Shown here one piece after another: positions 1 through 9,903 of a DNA stretch of 64,000 bases; within the stretch, counting starts at the first letter, position 1, and each line of letters opens with the position of its first letter. Source of the DNA: an uncultured Candidatus Actinomarina sp. (GTDB taxonomy: Bacteria; Actinomycetota; Acidimicrobiia; Actinomarinales; Actinomarinaceae). Location of the stretch: contig CACNQV010000001.1 of NCBI GenBank assembly GCA_902622665.1, positions 123,719-187,718 on the forward strand, given 5' to 3'. The translations under genes and the position numbers were made by a program. Under the pieces are notes generated by a model that did no database searches, was not told the DNA's origin, and saw only the letters and a list, made by a program, of their open reading frames with translations.

Positions 1-18
1 AAAAGTTAGAATAACAGT

Positions 19-315
19 ATGGATACACAAGCCAACAAAGAGCGTAAATTTACCCAAGCAATGGAAAAGTGGATAATGTATTTTATGTATGCAATGTTTG
101 GAGGGTTGTTTTTGTTAATTTCTCTTCAAGGCTCTTGGAAGGAAGGTTTAATTTTATTTCCTGTAGCAATCATTTCCCTACCTCTCACAAAATGGGGTAT
201 ACGTTGGCAAAATGAGAGGTATATAAGAAGTGCACAAAATCAAGATGACTTAAAAATAGTAATGAATAAATTGAATGAAATTGATGAGAGATTATCAAAA
301 TTGGAGGAAAATTGA
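19..315 (+). CDS. small hypothetical membrane protein (98 aa)
   Basis: ORF with a hydrophobic segment (FMYAMFGGLFLLISL, LILFPVAIISLPL); 4-nt ATGA overlap with the downstream ORF suggests an operon. Confidence 0.4.
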   Translation: MDTQANKERKFTQAMEKWIMYFMYAMFGGLFLLISLQGSWKEGLILFPVAIISLPLTKWGIRWQNERYIRSAQNQDDLKIVMNKLNEIDERLSKLEEN

Positions 316-797
316 TAAGTATTAAATTGATGCTGGAGCATATGGCATGGGCAAATCAAGAAATATACAAAGAGATTAAAAAGCTAGACACAAAAGTTCT
401 TGATTTTTTTGTAATCGATCCAGAATGGACTGTTCGAACAATAATGATACACATTGCAGGAGCATCACATTTGTATGGTCAGCGATTAAATGGTGAGTCT
501 TTTTCACGTTTCGAACTTAAAAGCACTGATGATTCAGAAATTATTGATGAATTACTAATTGAACTGAACAGGATTGATCAAAGTTTAATGAAAAATGTTG
601 ATAGAGAAGATGAGGAGGTAACTTATATGACATCAAAAGGTGAAGGCAAAAGTACGGTTTCTGAAATACTTTCTCAACTGATTTTTCATGCAGGTGAGCA
701 TCGAGCTCAAATTATCGCTGCTTTAGATAAAAACAATGAAAGATCTATTAACTTAGATAATTATTCCGTTTGGAGTTATGTTGACTCTACTAAGTAG
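312..797 (+). CDS. DinB/YfiT-like (DinB_2) putative metal-dependent hydrolase
   Basis: 161 aa; His-containing segments (MIHIAGASHLYGQRL, IFHAGEHRAQI) resemble the DinB_2 four-helix-bundle family. Tentative. Confidence 0.35.
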   Translation: MISIKLMLEHMAWANQEIYKEIKKLDTKVLDFFVIDPEWTVRTIMIHIAGASHLYGQRLNGESFSRFELKSTDDSEIIDELLIELNRIDQSLMKNVDREDEEVTYMTSKGEGKSTVSEILSQLIFHAGEHRAQIIAALDKNNERSINLDNYSVWSYVDSTK

Positions 798-1095
798 TTG
801 AGTCTGACACCCAGTTTTCATACTCAGGTAAAGTAAATACAGGTTCCAGTACTGTAATTTTTGGAAGCTCATAAGGGTGTCTTTGCTTCACAATGTCAAC
901 AACTTCTCTCATCAAAGTTTCTTTTGTATATAAAGAAATTTCAAATTCTGAATCCTCAACTAACTCATTCCTCCACTTATAAGATGATTGAATTTCATGA
1001 AAAGTTCCGCATGCAATCTTGTTTGTTTCAAGTAGTAGGTTTATTAAGTTTTTTGCTTTTTTTTGCTCATCTACTGTAGTTTGAATTATTATCAT
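790..1095 (-). CDS. cutA: divalent-cation tolerance protein CutA
   Basis: 101 aa; alignable to the CutA1 family (MIIIQTTVDEQKKAKNLINLLLETNKIACGTFHEIQSSYKWRNELVEDSEFE...RHPYELPKITVLEP); typical CutA length. Confidence 0.7.
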   Translation of the reverse strand: MIIIQTTVDEQKKAKNLINLLLETNKIACGTFHEIQSSYKWRNELVEDSEFEISLYTKETLMREVVDIVKQRHPYELPKITVLEPVFTLPEYENWVSDSTT

Positions 1096-1931
1096 ATATC
1101 TAAATTAAGCTCGTTTACTGTATATGACCAAAGTTTATCTCTTAGCTCTTGATTGTAAACTAATTTGTTGTGACGCATAAGTGTCGGTTTACCATAGATG
1201 CCAATTAGTTTTGGCGAATAAACTAAGTCCGCTGTTACATTTTCATCTTCAATTGCTCGAATAATTGGGGCAATACCTGTGTTTATGTTTGTAGAGAGAT
1301 AAGTATAAAGAGGCTTTTTAATTTTTTTAACTTTGTATGGTCTTGATTGTCTAGAATTTGTAAAACCTGGGTGGGTGACAGAAACTGATATTGATGTTTT
1401 TTTAAGTTTATTCTCTAACTCAATTGCAAACATTGATCTAAGCAAATTTGTAAAATTATACCTACTACTTGAAGAAAATGAATCGTTAGAGTGAAGTCTG
1501 CTTAAGTTAAATGTTCTTGCAAAATACATAGTGAGGCTTGTGACTTGAACAATCCTACCAGACCTTCTATGTAAATTTTCTAGTAACATCAAAGCTAACC
1601 TATAGGAACCAAAGTAGTTTACAGAAATCATTGATTCGTAACCTTCCTCCGTTAATTCAAAATCTCTGTAAATTAATCCCCCGTTGTTATACAAAACATC
1701 AATCTCTGAATAATTTGAATTAATTTGATTCACAAATTGATTGATGCTTGAGGGTTTTGATAAATCTAATTCCAAAAATTTTGCATTAGTCCCAAGAAAC
1801 TCTTCAGCCATTTTTCCTTTTGCCGTATCCCTGCAAGCTAAAATAACTTGATAGTTTTTAGCGATTAAATCCTTTGCAACAGCTAAGCCGATTCCTTTAT
1901 TTGCACCAGTAATTATTGCAGTTTTTGACAT
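1092..1931 (-). CDS. short-chain dehydrogenase/reductase (SDR) oxidoreductase
   Basis: N-terminal Rossmann motif TGANKGIGLAVAKDL; 279 aa; overlaps the cutA start by 4 nt. Confidence 0.8.
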   Translation of the reverse strand: MSKTAIITGANKGIGLAVAKDLIAKNYQVILACRDTAKGKMAEEFLGTNAKFLELDLSKPSSINQFVNQINSNYSEIDVLYNNGGLIYRDFELTEEGYESMISVNYFGSYRLALMLLENLHRRSGRIVQVTSLTMYFARTFNLSRLHSNDSFSSSSRYNFTNLLRSMFAIELENKLKKTSISVSVTHPGFTNSRQSRPYKVKKIKKPLYTYLSTNINTGIAPIIRAIEDENVTADLVYSPKLIGIYGKPTLMRHNKLVYNQELRDKLWSYTVNELNLDI

Positions 1932-1968
1932 TATTTTATTTAGTTTATTAATACGTATAATTAAAGAA

Positions 1969-2190
1969 ATGTATTATTTATTAACTGGAATTATTGCAGT
2001 TTCTATTCTTAGATACTTTAATTTGATTCCAAAAATGACAAGTAAATTTTGGACATATGTGGATTATGCCTTAGTTCTTGTAACGTTTGTTTTATTACTG
2101 TCCCGAATACCGCCTTTTTTTGCAGGTATTTTACTGACTGTTGTGATTGGATATGCCTGGCGAAAAGGTTTTTTCGATAAATTTCGCTAA
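1969..2190 (+). CDS. small hypothetical membrane protein (73 aa)
   Basis: Two hydrophobic helices; no recognisable motifs. Confidence 0.3.
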   Translation: MYYLLTGIIAVSILRYFNLIPKMTSKFWTYVDYALVLVTFVLLLSRIPPFFAGILLTVVIGYAWRKGFFDKFR

Positions 2191-2446
2191 GGATAATAAA
2201 GCCTACCTGTTTGTTCTTCTGCTATTGGAATAACGTAGTTTCTGTTTGTGCTTGTTCTGAACCTACACTACACATTGAAAAAACTAGCAAAATTATTAAA
2301 TATTTTTTCATTCGTAAAATTTATTATTGTATATAAGCCACCTTACAGCAAATATAACTACTCCTATAGAAAATAACATTGTGATGTTTGGAAATAGATA
2401 CAAAAGAGAGATTGATCCAATTATTGTCAGAAATATAACCAACATC

Positions 2447-3112
2447 TTACTTTGTACCTGGCTTGTAAAATGTTTTGTTTTTACCCTGAACTAAATGATA
2501 CCTATCCATTAATGCTTCCTTATCTGCTACAACTGAGTCAGTAAGTTCCAAAACTTCCATTAATTCAAACCTTCGATTTTTGTAATCTATCTTGGTTGGA
2601 ACTACGGTAGCATCAAGTGCTTTACCGATATAATAAAAACCGCTTTTAATAGTTTGGTTTGTTTTCATTTCGCCCTCTACTGTTAAATATAAAATAAATT
2701 TATCTTTTGTTTTTAACTGTTCAATAACTTGTTGTGTAACACCAGTTGATTTTGTTCTCCAAACGGGTATTCCTCCAAACTCAAGTAGTGCTCGGTTTTG
2801 AATCTTTCCAAAAGGGTGAGGTATACCAAGTTTGTCTGGATTTTTCTTAAAAGGTAAAGGTATAACAATACGAGTGAACATTGAGAATGAACCAAGAAAG
2901 TAAAATTTTAAATCAGTGGCTAAACAAACCAAGTAAGCATAAATTGCATCAAAAGTTGATGAATGTGGTGCTGAAGCGATGATTATTTTTTTTTCATTGG
3001 GAAGATTACCAACTATATCCCAATTAACGATTTTCAAAAGAAATCTACCAATTGGGCCTAGAGTTTTTCTTTTTTTAATGGGATGATTTTGAGTAATTAT
3101 TATGTCTTTCAT
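2447..3112 (-). CDS. PlsC-like lysophospholipid/glycerol acyltransferase
   Basis: HX4D acyltransferase motif (SAPHSSTFDAIY); 221 aa; paralogous to the ORFs at 41662 and 42330. Confidence 0.55.
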   Translation of the reverse strand: MKDIIITQNHPIKKRKTLGPIGRFLLKIVNWDIVGNLPNEKKIIIASAPHSSTFDAIYAYLVCLATDLKFYFLGSFSMFTRIVIPLPFKKNPDKLGIPHPFGKIQNRALLEFGGIPVWRTKSTGVTQQVIEQLKTKDKFILYLTVEGEMKTNQTIKSGFYYIGKALDATVVPTKIDYKNRRFELMEVLELTDSVVADKEALMDRYHLVQGKNKTFYKPGTK

Positions 3113-3113
3113 A

Positions 3114-4400
3114 TCAAAAATGATTCTTACTTGTGATTTCTCTTACTTGCTCAGAAAGGTTTAATAAATTTTTATTATTAAAATTTATAGCCCATAGAAA
3201 AATGTACAGAACTCCTACAATAAAAAATAAAAATGCATAACCTCTTCCAGGACCATTTCCAACTAATAGTGATAAAAAATCAGAATTAGCAGGATAATAA
3301 GAAAATTCTAAATAATCTCCTAAGGGTCCTGCAATGACAACTCCGAGTGGTCTTAACATCTGAGCAATTGTCCCTCTCAAGGCCAAAGCTCTACCTCTGA
3401 TATTCTCATTTGTAATTGCTAACCATGCACCAGAGGAAATAGTATATTGAACAGTGCCACTTACTCCGGCAATAATCCCGTGAATACAGAGAAGTAAAAT
3501 ACTTGGTCTGATTGATCCAAAAATTAAACTTAGTCCTCCTAAAAGACCACAATATATTGCAATTTTTAGGTTTCCTTGAAGCCAGTCAGATAATTTCAAA
3601 GATATGACTGAACCCAAAAGAAAAGCAAATCCAACACTTGACTCTACAATGCCCAAGCCTCTTGCATCAGTAAAGCTAAGAATCATTGGAGGAATCAAAA
3701 CAGTAGTAAAACCCCATAAGAAATTACCAAATGAAAATATGAGCACTAAAGTAAGCAAACCCTTTTGTTTTTTTAGCCAGTAATAAGCTTCAATTAGGTC
3801 AAAATAAACATTTTTGAAGTTCAACTTACTTTTTATTTCAATTTTTTTACTTTTAAAAAAAGTTATTGTTGCAATACCAAACAAACAAGTCACAATATCT
3901 ACAAGTATTACACCTGTTAATCCAAAAAAAGAATATATAAATGCACCACCTATTGGTCCAATAAGAACAGATATGGCTTCTGCACTTTCGAATAAAGCTG
4001 ATATCTTAGTCACTTCATTCTTTTTAACTACATCACCCAAGAAAGCACTCCACGTTGTCCAATGTGCTATTTCAAAAATACCAAACGCTAAAGCAAATGG
4101 AATAAGAAGAGTTAAAGTCAACATATCATTTAATGCAAGGTAACAAATGATGCACATCAGTACTGCAATTATCAAATCAAAAATAATTATTAGTTTTTTT
4201 CTTGGGAATCTATCTGCAAGAACGCCACCAAAAGGTCCTGTGATTACTCCAACTATAGCAACTATAAATAAGATTGTGGATAGAGCACTTGCTTTTCCCG
4301 TAGTTTCAAATATCCAAACACCAATTGCAAAAAAAGACATCGCAGATCCAGTCCATGATACAGTTTGGCCAAACCAGAGAAGGTAAACTTTTTTACTCAT
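3114..4400 (-). CDS. MFS transporter
   Basis: 428 aa, ~12 predicted TM helices; MFS-like loop (LADRFPRKKL). Confidence 0.7.
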   Translation of the reverse strand: MSKKVYLLWFGQTVSWTGSAMSFFAIGVWIFETTGKASALSTILFIVAIVGVITGPFGGVLADRFPRKKLIIIFDLIIAVLMCIICYLALNDMLTLTLLIPFALAFGIFEIAHWTTWSAFLGDVVKKNEVTKISALFESAEAISVLIGPIGGAFIYSFFGLTGVILVDIVTCLFGIATITFFKSKKIEIKSKLNFKNVYFDLIEAYYWLKKQKGLLTLVLIFSFGNFLWGFTTVLIPPMILSFTDARGLGIVESSVGFAFLLGSVISLKLSDWLQGNLKIAIYCGLLGGLSLIFGSIRPSILLLCIHGIIAGVSGTVQYTISSGAWLAITNENIRGRALALRGTIAQMLRPLGVVIAGPLGDYLEFSYYPANSDFLSLLVGNGPGRGYAFLFFIVGVLYIFLWAINFNNKNLLNLSEQVREITSKNHF

Positions 4401-4456
4401 ATAAGAATATAATGATATAGATAAGAAATATTTAACTAATAATTTTAAGGATTACT

Positions 4457-5482
4457 ATGCATGATTGGATAAAAACAGTTCCAAAGGCAGTTCTCCATGA
4501 CCATTTAGACGGAGGGTTAAGAGTTGAAACTTTAATCGAATTGGCAGATGAACAAAATTATCCAAACCTTCCATCAACCAACCATGATGAATTAAAAAAA
4601 TGGATCCAACCAAAACCTGATAAATCACTTGCGATCAATCTAGAAGCATGGGAACACACGATTGGCGTAATGCAGGACAAGGACTCAATTTACAGAGTAA
4701 CTACAGAAGCATTAGAGGACTTATCAAATGATGGAGTTGTTTACGCAGAACTAAGATTTGCTCCACTTGTTCATACCTTTAAGGGTTTAACAACTGGTGA
4801 GGTAGTAGATTCAGTAGTTAATGGCATAAAAGATGGGATGGAAAAATATGATATTGTTGCTGGAGTTATATTATGTGCGATGCGACAAGAACAAAACTCT
4901 CTCGAGGTTGTAAATTTATGCATCGAACATAATGATGTAATTGGTTTTGATCTTGCAGGACCTGAAGTTGGTTTTTCTGTACTTAATCACAGTGAAGCTT
5001 GCTCCTTGGCTGTTGAGAACAATATAAATGTTACCCTCCATGCTGACTGGGAAGTTGCAGAAGGTATTAAAGAAGTTGTTATAGACTCAAAAGCAAAAAG
5101 AGTTGGGCATGGATCTCAAATCATCAATGATATAGCTTTTAACAATGGTGAAGTCACTTTTCAAAATAATGCAGCCCAGTATGTGTTCGACAACAATATT
5201 GCTTTAGAAATTTGCCCTACCTCAAATGTACAGTGCGGAGCATACTCCGATGTTTCAGAACACTCTTTTGGTGAATTGTTTAATGCAGGATTTAATGTGA
5301 CTATAAATACAGATAATCGGCTTATGAGTGATATAACCATGTCAGAAGAAGTAAATAATGTAGTTGAATCATTTGGATTAGATGAAAAAGATATTCTTGG
5401 TATTACGAAAAATACTATTGAAGCTGGATTTGTTAAACCTGAATTGAAAAATAAAGCACTAAAAAAACTTTCTTTATCATAA
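4457..5482 (+). CDS. add: adenosine deaminase
   Basis: N-terminal metal-binding signature VLHDHLDGGLR; 341 aa; C-terminal TINTDNRLMS-like motif of the amidohydrolase ADA family. Confidence 0.8.
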   Translation: MHDWIKTVPKAVLHDHLDGGLRVETLIELADEQNYPNLPSTNHDELKKWIQPKPDKSLAINLEAWEHTIGVMQDKDSIYRVTTEALEDLSNDGVVYAELRFAPLVHTFKGLTTGEVVDSVVNGIKDGMEKYDIVAGVILCAMRQEQNSLEVVNLCIEHNDVIGFDLAGPEVGFSVLNHSEACSLAVENNINVTLHADWEVAEGIKEVVIDSKAKRVGHGSQIINDIAFNNGEVTFQNNAAQYVFDNNIALEICPTSNVQCGAYSDVSEHSFGELFNAGFNVTINTDNRLMSDITMSEEVNNVVESFGLDEKDILGITKNTIEAGFVKPELKNKALKKLSLS

Positions 5483-5544
5483 AACACGCAAGATTAATTT
5501 GAAAATTAACAATTCTAATCATAAGTTATACATAGAACATAAAA

Positions 5545-6504
5545 ATGATAAGCAGTGAAGCACAAAAAAGTATAAAAAGATACAAAGGCTTTGCTTCTTT
5601 CATTAGCTCTTTTTATAGAACCCCCGGTGAGATAACAGCTTGGAGAGTTAATTTTTTCAGGTGGTTTATAAACTTACAAGGTGTTATAGGTCCAAAAGTT
5701 AAAGGTACAATTAAGGAAGAAGTTTCTCTAGCGGGAATCAGAACTTTAAAAGTTACAACACCTAATTCAGACCCGGAAAGAATATTTCTTTATTATCACG
5801 GTGGTGGTTATGCTATGGGAAGTCCTGAATCTCACTACTCTCTTGTAAGTTACTTAGCTGACATTACTAACACAACTGTATATATACCTGATTATAGATT
5901 GGGCCCCGAGAGTAAATATCCTGCACAGTTAGAAGATGGAGTAAAAACATATAAGTCTTTAATAAATGATTTTGGATATTCACCTAAACAAATAGCAATT
6001 GGGGGTGATTCTGCCGGTGGTAACTTGGCTTTAATTACTATGTTAAAACTTAAAGAACTTGAAATTGCTCTTCCATCCTCACTTGCTTTACTTTCTCCAT
6101 GGGCTGACCCATCTGGTTCCGGAGATTCTTATACAGAAGATATGGCAGATAGAGATATTCTTCTTGGTCCAATAATGAAGAGAGTGTGGAAAAATAATGA
6201 CGAGTTATACAACTTTTATATTGATGAGGATGATGTTGATAAACAAAATGAGTTTATGTTTCCGCTTAGTGGGGACTATAAAAACTCTCCGCCAATTATG
6301 ATTCAGGTTGGCACAGAAGAGCTTTTACTATCAGATTCTCAATCTCTTAAAGAATTACTAGAGAGAGACAATTGTGTACATGAATATTATGAGTGGGAAG
6401 GTATGTATCATGTATTTCATATTGATGTAAGCATGCCAGAGACAATTGAAGCTTTTAAACAGATAGGTAATTTTTTAGAAAAACATTTACCTAAGAACTC
6501 GTAA
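5545..6504 (+). CDS. alpha/beta-hydrolase fold esterase/lipase (HSL family)
   Basis: Oxyanion-hole HGGGY and nucleophile-elbow GDSAGG motifs; 319 aa. Confidence 0.75.
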   Translation: MISSEAQKSIKRYKGFASFISSFYRTPGEITAWRVNFFRWFINLQGVIGPKVKGTIKEEVSLAGIRTLKVTTPNSDPERIFLYYHGGGYAMGSPESHYSLVSYLADITNTTVYIPDYRLGPESKYPAQLEDGVKTYKSLINDFGYSPKQIAIGGDSAGGNLALITMLKLKELEIALPSSLALLSPWADPSGSGDSYTEDMADRDILLGPIMKRVWKNNDELYNFYIDEDDVDKQNEFMFPLSGDYKNSPPIMIQVGTEELLLSDSQSLKELLERDNCVHEYYEWEGMYHVFHIDVSMPETIEAFKQIGNFLEKHLPKNS

Positions 6505-6515
6505 AGGGAGGGGTA

Positions 6516-7505
6516 TTGTCTACTGCTTTAATAACTGGCAGTTCTGGCCACGTAGGTTCTAATTTTATTAGAGAACTGAGCAAACAAGGTTTTACAATCA
6601 GGTGTATTGACTTTGATGGTGATTACAGAGCTTATGAAGGTTTTGAAGTTGAGGTTATAAAAGGCGACATTACCAACAAAGAATCTTTAGAACCTATATT
6701 TAAAAATGTAGATATTGTCTTTCATACAGCAGCTTTAATAAATTTAGATAGAAGATATGAAAAACAAATACGACTAGTTAATGTTGATGGAACTAAAAAT
6801 GTTTGTGAAGCAGCTTTAGAAGCTGGCGTGAAAAAATTAATCCACTTTTCGTCTGTTGATGCTTTTTATAGGTTCCCAATAGAAGAGCCCCTTCTAGAAA
6901 GTCGTAAACTTATCGATGATCCAAATGCTGTTCCATATGATTTATCAAAAGCAGATGGTCAAAAGATAGTATTACAATTTTGTGAAAAAGGTCTGGATGC
7001 AAGTATTATTCATCCAACATCAATAGTTGGTCCAAATGACTTTAAGCCTGGGCTACCTATGCAAGAAATGGTTAATCTTGCCAATGGAAAAAGGAAATTG
7101 CTTCCAAACTGGGGATATAACTTTGTTGATGTAAGAGACTTATGCTTAACTGCTATATCTGCAGTTGAGCTTGGTAGGACTGGCCAAAATTATATAGTTG
7201 GCGGAGAATATCATTTGTATTCATATATTGCTGAGTTGATGGAGCAACAGCTTGGAAGAACTGTTCTATTATCTACGATTCCAGATTTTGTATCTTACCT
7301 GGGGTTACCTTACGAATACATAAAATCTCTTATCACAGGAAAACCAAGAGTATTAACTGTAGACACACTCCATACAGGTAAAAGTGGTAACAAGGTAGTT
7401 CCGAGTACTCTAGCGCGTGAAGAACTAGGACACAACCCAAGACCATTAGAAGAAACTATTTTTGATATGGTTTCTTTTTTTCAAAAAAGAGGCCTGATTA
7501 TATAA
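6516..7505 (+). CDS. NAD-dependent epimerase/dehydratase (extended SDR)
   Basis: TTG start preceded by AGGGAGG; N-terminal ITGSSGHVGSNFIRELSKQG Rossmann motif; YxxxK-type region (PYDLSKADGQK). Confidence 0.75.
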   Translation: MSTALITGSSGHVGSNFIRELSKQGFTIRCIDFDGDYRAYEGFEVEVIKGDITNKESLEPIFKNVDIVFHTAALINLDRRYEKQIRLVNVDGTKNVCEAALEAGVKKLIHFSSVDAFYRFPIEEPLLESRKLIDDPNAVPYDLSKADGQKIVLQFCEKGLDASIIHPTSIVGPNDFKPGLPMQEMVNLANGKRKLLPNWGYNFVDVRDLCLTAISAVELGRTGQNYIVGGEYHLYSYIAELMEQQLGRTVLLSTIPDFVSYLGLPYEYIKSLITGKPRVLTVDTLHTGKSGNKVVPSTLAREELGHNPRPLEETIFDMVSFFQKRGLII

Positions 7506-7528
7506 ATAACAAGATATACAATATTGCT

Positions 7529-8353
7529 GTGAATGAAAACACCACTGTAAATATTGCTGGTTATAAGTTTCAGCCTTTAGATGATGCTGCTGATTTAATT
7601 TCTTTGTATCAGAATAAGTGCGATGAGCTTAAATTAAAAGGCACTATGTTAATCAGTAAAAATGGAATTAATTTCTCTCTCGCAGGAACAAAGCAAGCTA
7701 TTGATAAAATTATTTTCTTTTTAGAACGAGATATCAGGTTTTTAAATATTCCACTTAAGGTAACTTATAGCAAAGAACAGCCATTTCGAAAAATGAAAGT
7801 ACGTCTTAAAAAAGAAATTATATCTCTTGGCCGAAAAGATATAAATCCTTTAAAGCTATCAGGTAAAAAAATTTCCCCACGAGATTTAAAACAGCTCTTT
7901 GATAGCAAAGAGGAATTTCTTGTATTAGATACAAGAAATGAATACGAGACTAGAGTTGGCAAATTTGAAAATGCAATTGATCTAAATTTAGATACTTTTA
8001 GACATTTCCCTAATGCAATTAAGTCACTTCCAGAAGAGTACAAAGATAAACAAATCGTCATGTACTGCACGGGTGGTATTCGTTGTGAGAAAGCATCTGC
8101 AGTAATGATGAAAGCTGGTTTTACAGATGTAAAACAACTTGAGGGCGGAGTTCTTGATTACTTTAAAGAAACTGGTGGAGCTTACTGGGAAGGTGATTGT
8201 TTTGTTTTTGATGAACGTGTAGCTTTAGATACAGAATTAAATGAGACAGATTACATTTATTGTTTTATATGTAGAGAACCATTATCGGCAGAGGAAAAAG
8301 CTTCTCTAGATTTTAAAATTAATGAATACTGTCCGTACTGTATAAGTAAATAA
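7529..8353 (+). CDS. trhO: rhodanese-domain tRNA uridine(34) hydroxylase TrhO/YceA-like
   Basis: GTG start; rhodanese active-site loop CTGGIRCEKAS; C-terminal CxxC pair (CFIC...CPYC) typical of UPF0176/TrhO. Confidence 0.65.
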   Translation: MNENTTVNIAGYKFQPLDDAADLISLYQNKCDELKLKGTMLISKNGINFSLAGTKQAIDKIIFFLERDIRFLNIPLKVTYSKEQPFRKMKVRLKKEIISLGRKDINPLKLSGKKISPRDLKQLFDSKEEFLVLDTRNEYETRVGKFENAIDLNLDTFRHFPNAIKSLPEEYKDKQIVMYCTGGIRCEKASAVMMKAGFTDVKQLEGGVLDYFKETGGAYWEGDCFVFDERVALDTELNETDYIYCFICREPLSAEEKASLDFKINEYCPYCISK

Positions 8354-8354
8354 T

Positions 8355-8558
8355 TTAGTCGTCACCAAAGAACATTTGATTTCCACCATAAGGGATATGT
8401 TCGTCTTTGTCGTAGATTTCAATAAATCTGGCTTTTAACTCAATTACTTTATCGATAATGCCTTTTTCTTTTAAATAGTTGTAGGGAGCCCTAAAAACCC
8501 TATCTTCTGCTTCGAGAAATTTATTTACTTTATCTTTCATGGTTCTATAAAAATACAT
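8355..8558 (-). CDS. hypothetical protein (67 aa)
   Basis: ORF only; convergent with trhO. Confidence 0.3.
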   Translation of the reverse strand: MYFYRTMKDKVNKFLEAEDRVFRAPYNYLKEKGIIDKVIELKARFIEIYDKDEHIPYGGNQMFFGDD

Positions 8559-8682
8559 AGTTTTGAAATTTATCGGTAATTTAAAGTGTTAAATTTTCGT
8601 TAATAAACCTTTTATAATCAATGAAAACAGGCTTTTCTAGTTTCTAGTATATTTAAATAAGAACATTTAAAAAGGAGGAAAA

Positions 8683-9036
8683 ATGGAACAAATGACGATT
8701 ATGCTTACAAAATTCGAGAGCCATGATGAGGAAACTTTTCAAGCTCAAAAAGAAGTGTGGACAGAATATTCAAAAGAGTTTACAGATGCGACAGGAGTTA
8801 CATATTATTGGGCCCATCAAGAAAAAGAAGATGGTGTTTACTATATTGGCGTCAACTTATTCCCTTCAAAGGAATCAAGAGATGCATGGGTTGAAAACTA
8901 TGATGTTGACGCTGAAACAGCTAAATTTGATGAAAAAATGTTTGAAAAAACTGGAAAAACAGCGGAAGACAGGGAAGCTGGAAAGTTACTAGAAATAAAC
9001 ATGCAAGGAATGGATATTGATTTAACAAATCAATAA
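8683..9036 (+). CDS. hypothetical acidic protein (117 aa)
   Basis: Strong RBS AAAGGAGG 7 nt upstream of the ATG; no recognisable domain. Confidence 0.5.
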   Translation: MEQMTIMLTKFESHDEETFQAQKEVWTEYSKEFTDATGVTYYWAHQEKEDGVYYIGVNLFPSKESRDAWVENYDVDAETAKFDEKMFEKTGKTAEDREAGKLLEINMQGMDIDLTNQ

Positions 9037-9039
9037 TAT

Positions 9040-9432
9040 ATGAAAACATTTATACGGGTCAATGTAATTGGTACTTCAGTATTTGGATTTACTGTTGCAG
9101 TTGCATTGCTCGTATTCAATAATCAGTTTTTTGATTTTCTTGGAATCACTGTCTCTGAAAACTATGCATTAAATCAAATCAAGGCGGATCTTGGAGGTCT
9201 TTGGATTCTAGTTGGCGTTGCACCACTTTTTTGGCTAAGAACAAAAGATAATTTTTGGATTAGGATTCTTTTTGTCACTCTAGGATTTGTGATGATTGCA
9301 AGGGTCATAAGTTTTGTGCAAGATGGGATTCATCCAATTTCAATCGTATTGCTAATTGGTGAGATGTGGTTATTTCTATTTACAAGATATATCTTGAAAA
9401 AATACCCCGAGGGGTCATTTTTTAAACTTTAA
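9040..9432 (+). CDS. hypothetical membrane protein (130 aa)
   Basis: Four predicted TM segments; tightly follows the previous ORF. Confidence 0.5.
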   Translation: MKTFIRVNVIGTSVFGFTVAVALLVFNNQFFDFLGITVSENYALNQIKADLGGLWILVGVAPLFWLRTKDNFWIRILFVTLGFVMIARVISFVQDGIHPISIVLLIGEMWLFLFTRYILKKYPEGSFFKL

Positions 9433-9836
9433 CTCAAACTTAATAAGTAAAGAGTTCTGCTGTTTACCTCTGATATCTCCTCAAGAATATTTTCTATATC
9501 ATCAAAAGAGTTCGATTCGTTTAATTCCGCTACAAATCCAGATAACTGTGTTACTTGGTCTTTGAAGTCGTTAATAAGATTTTTAGTCTCTTCTTTAGAA
9601 AAATAATTTTGCAAAGAATAAGGACCTTCACTGAACCTGAGCCTGGTGTTCTGGTTTCCCTGCCAAGACTCTACAAACTTGTCATTTAAGTCTGTAAGGC
9701 TTTCGTAATATTCGCCTAACGCTTGATGTTCAGCATAAGATTGAGTTTGCCAATGAAATACTTGGATGTTGTTCAAGAAACTCATTGTGTAAGACACAAA
9801 ATCGTCAATTTTTGTATTTAATATTTTTACATTCAT
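9429..9836 (-). CDS. ferritin-like / Dps-like protein (tentative)
   Basis: FHWQTQSYAEHQALGEYYESLTD resembles the Dps HW..G..F..LH..EE.Y motif; at 135 aa it is short for Dps. Confidence 0.3.
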   Translation of the reverse strand: MNVKILNTKIDDFVSYTMSFLNNIQVFHWQTQSYAEHQALGEYYESLTDLNDKFVESWQGNQNTRLRFSEGPYSLQNYFSKEETKNLINDFKDQVTQLSGFVAELNESNSFDDIENILEEISEVNSRTLYLLSLS

Positions 9837-9903
9837 GGAATTATTTAAACAAAAATGCGTTTATATGAGAAATTTTTATCTAAGAAAAATGTTTTTACGT
9901 GAT

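Noticed and set aside
861-1079. Plus-strand 72-aa ORF antisense to cutA; similar antisense ORFs at 2713-2895, 3814-4143, 4147-4386, 5161-5487, 7765-8070, 16000-16636, 24086-24354, 32923-34458, 34727-35044, 48183-48438, 55664-56058, 56680-57285, 59178-61133 and 61781-63613
   Set aside because: Each lies wholly inside a longer, well-supported CDS on the opposite strand and has low-complexity composition typical of shadow ORFs.
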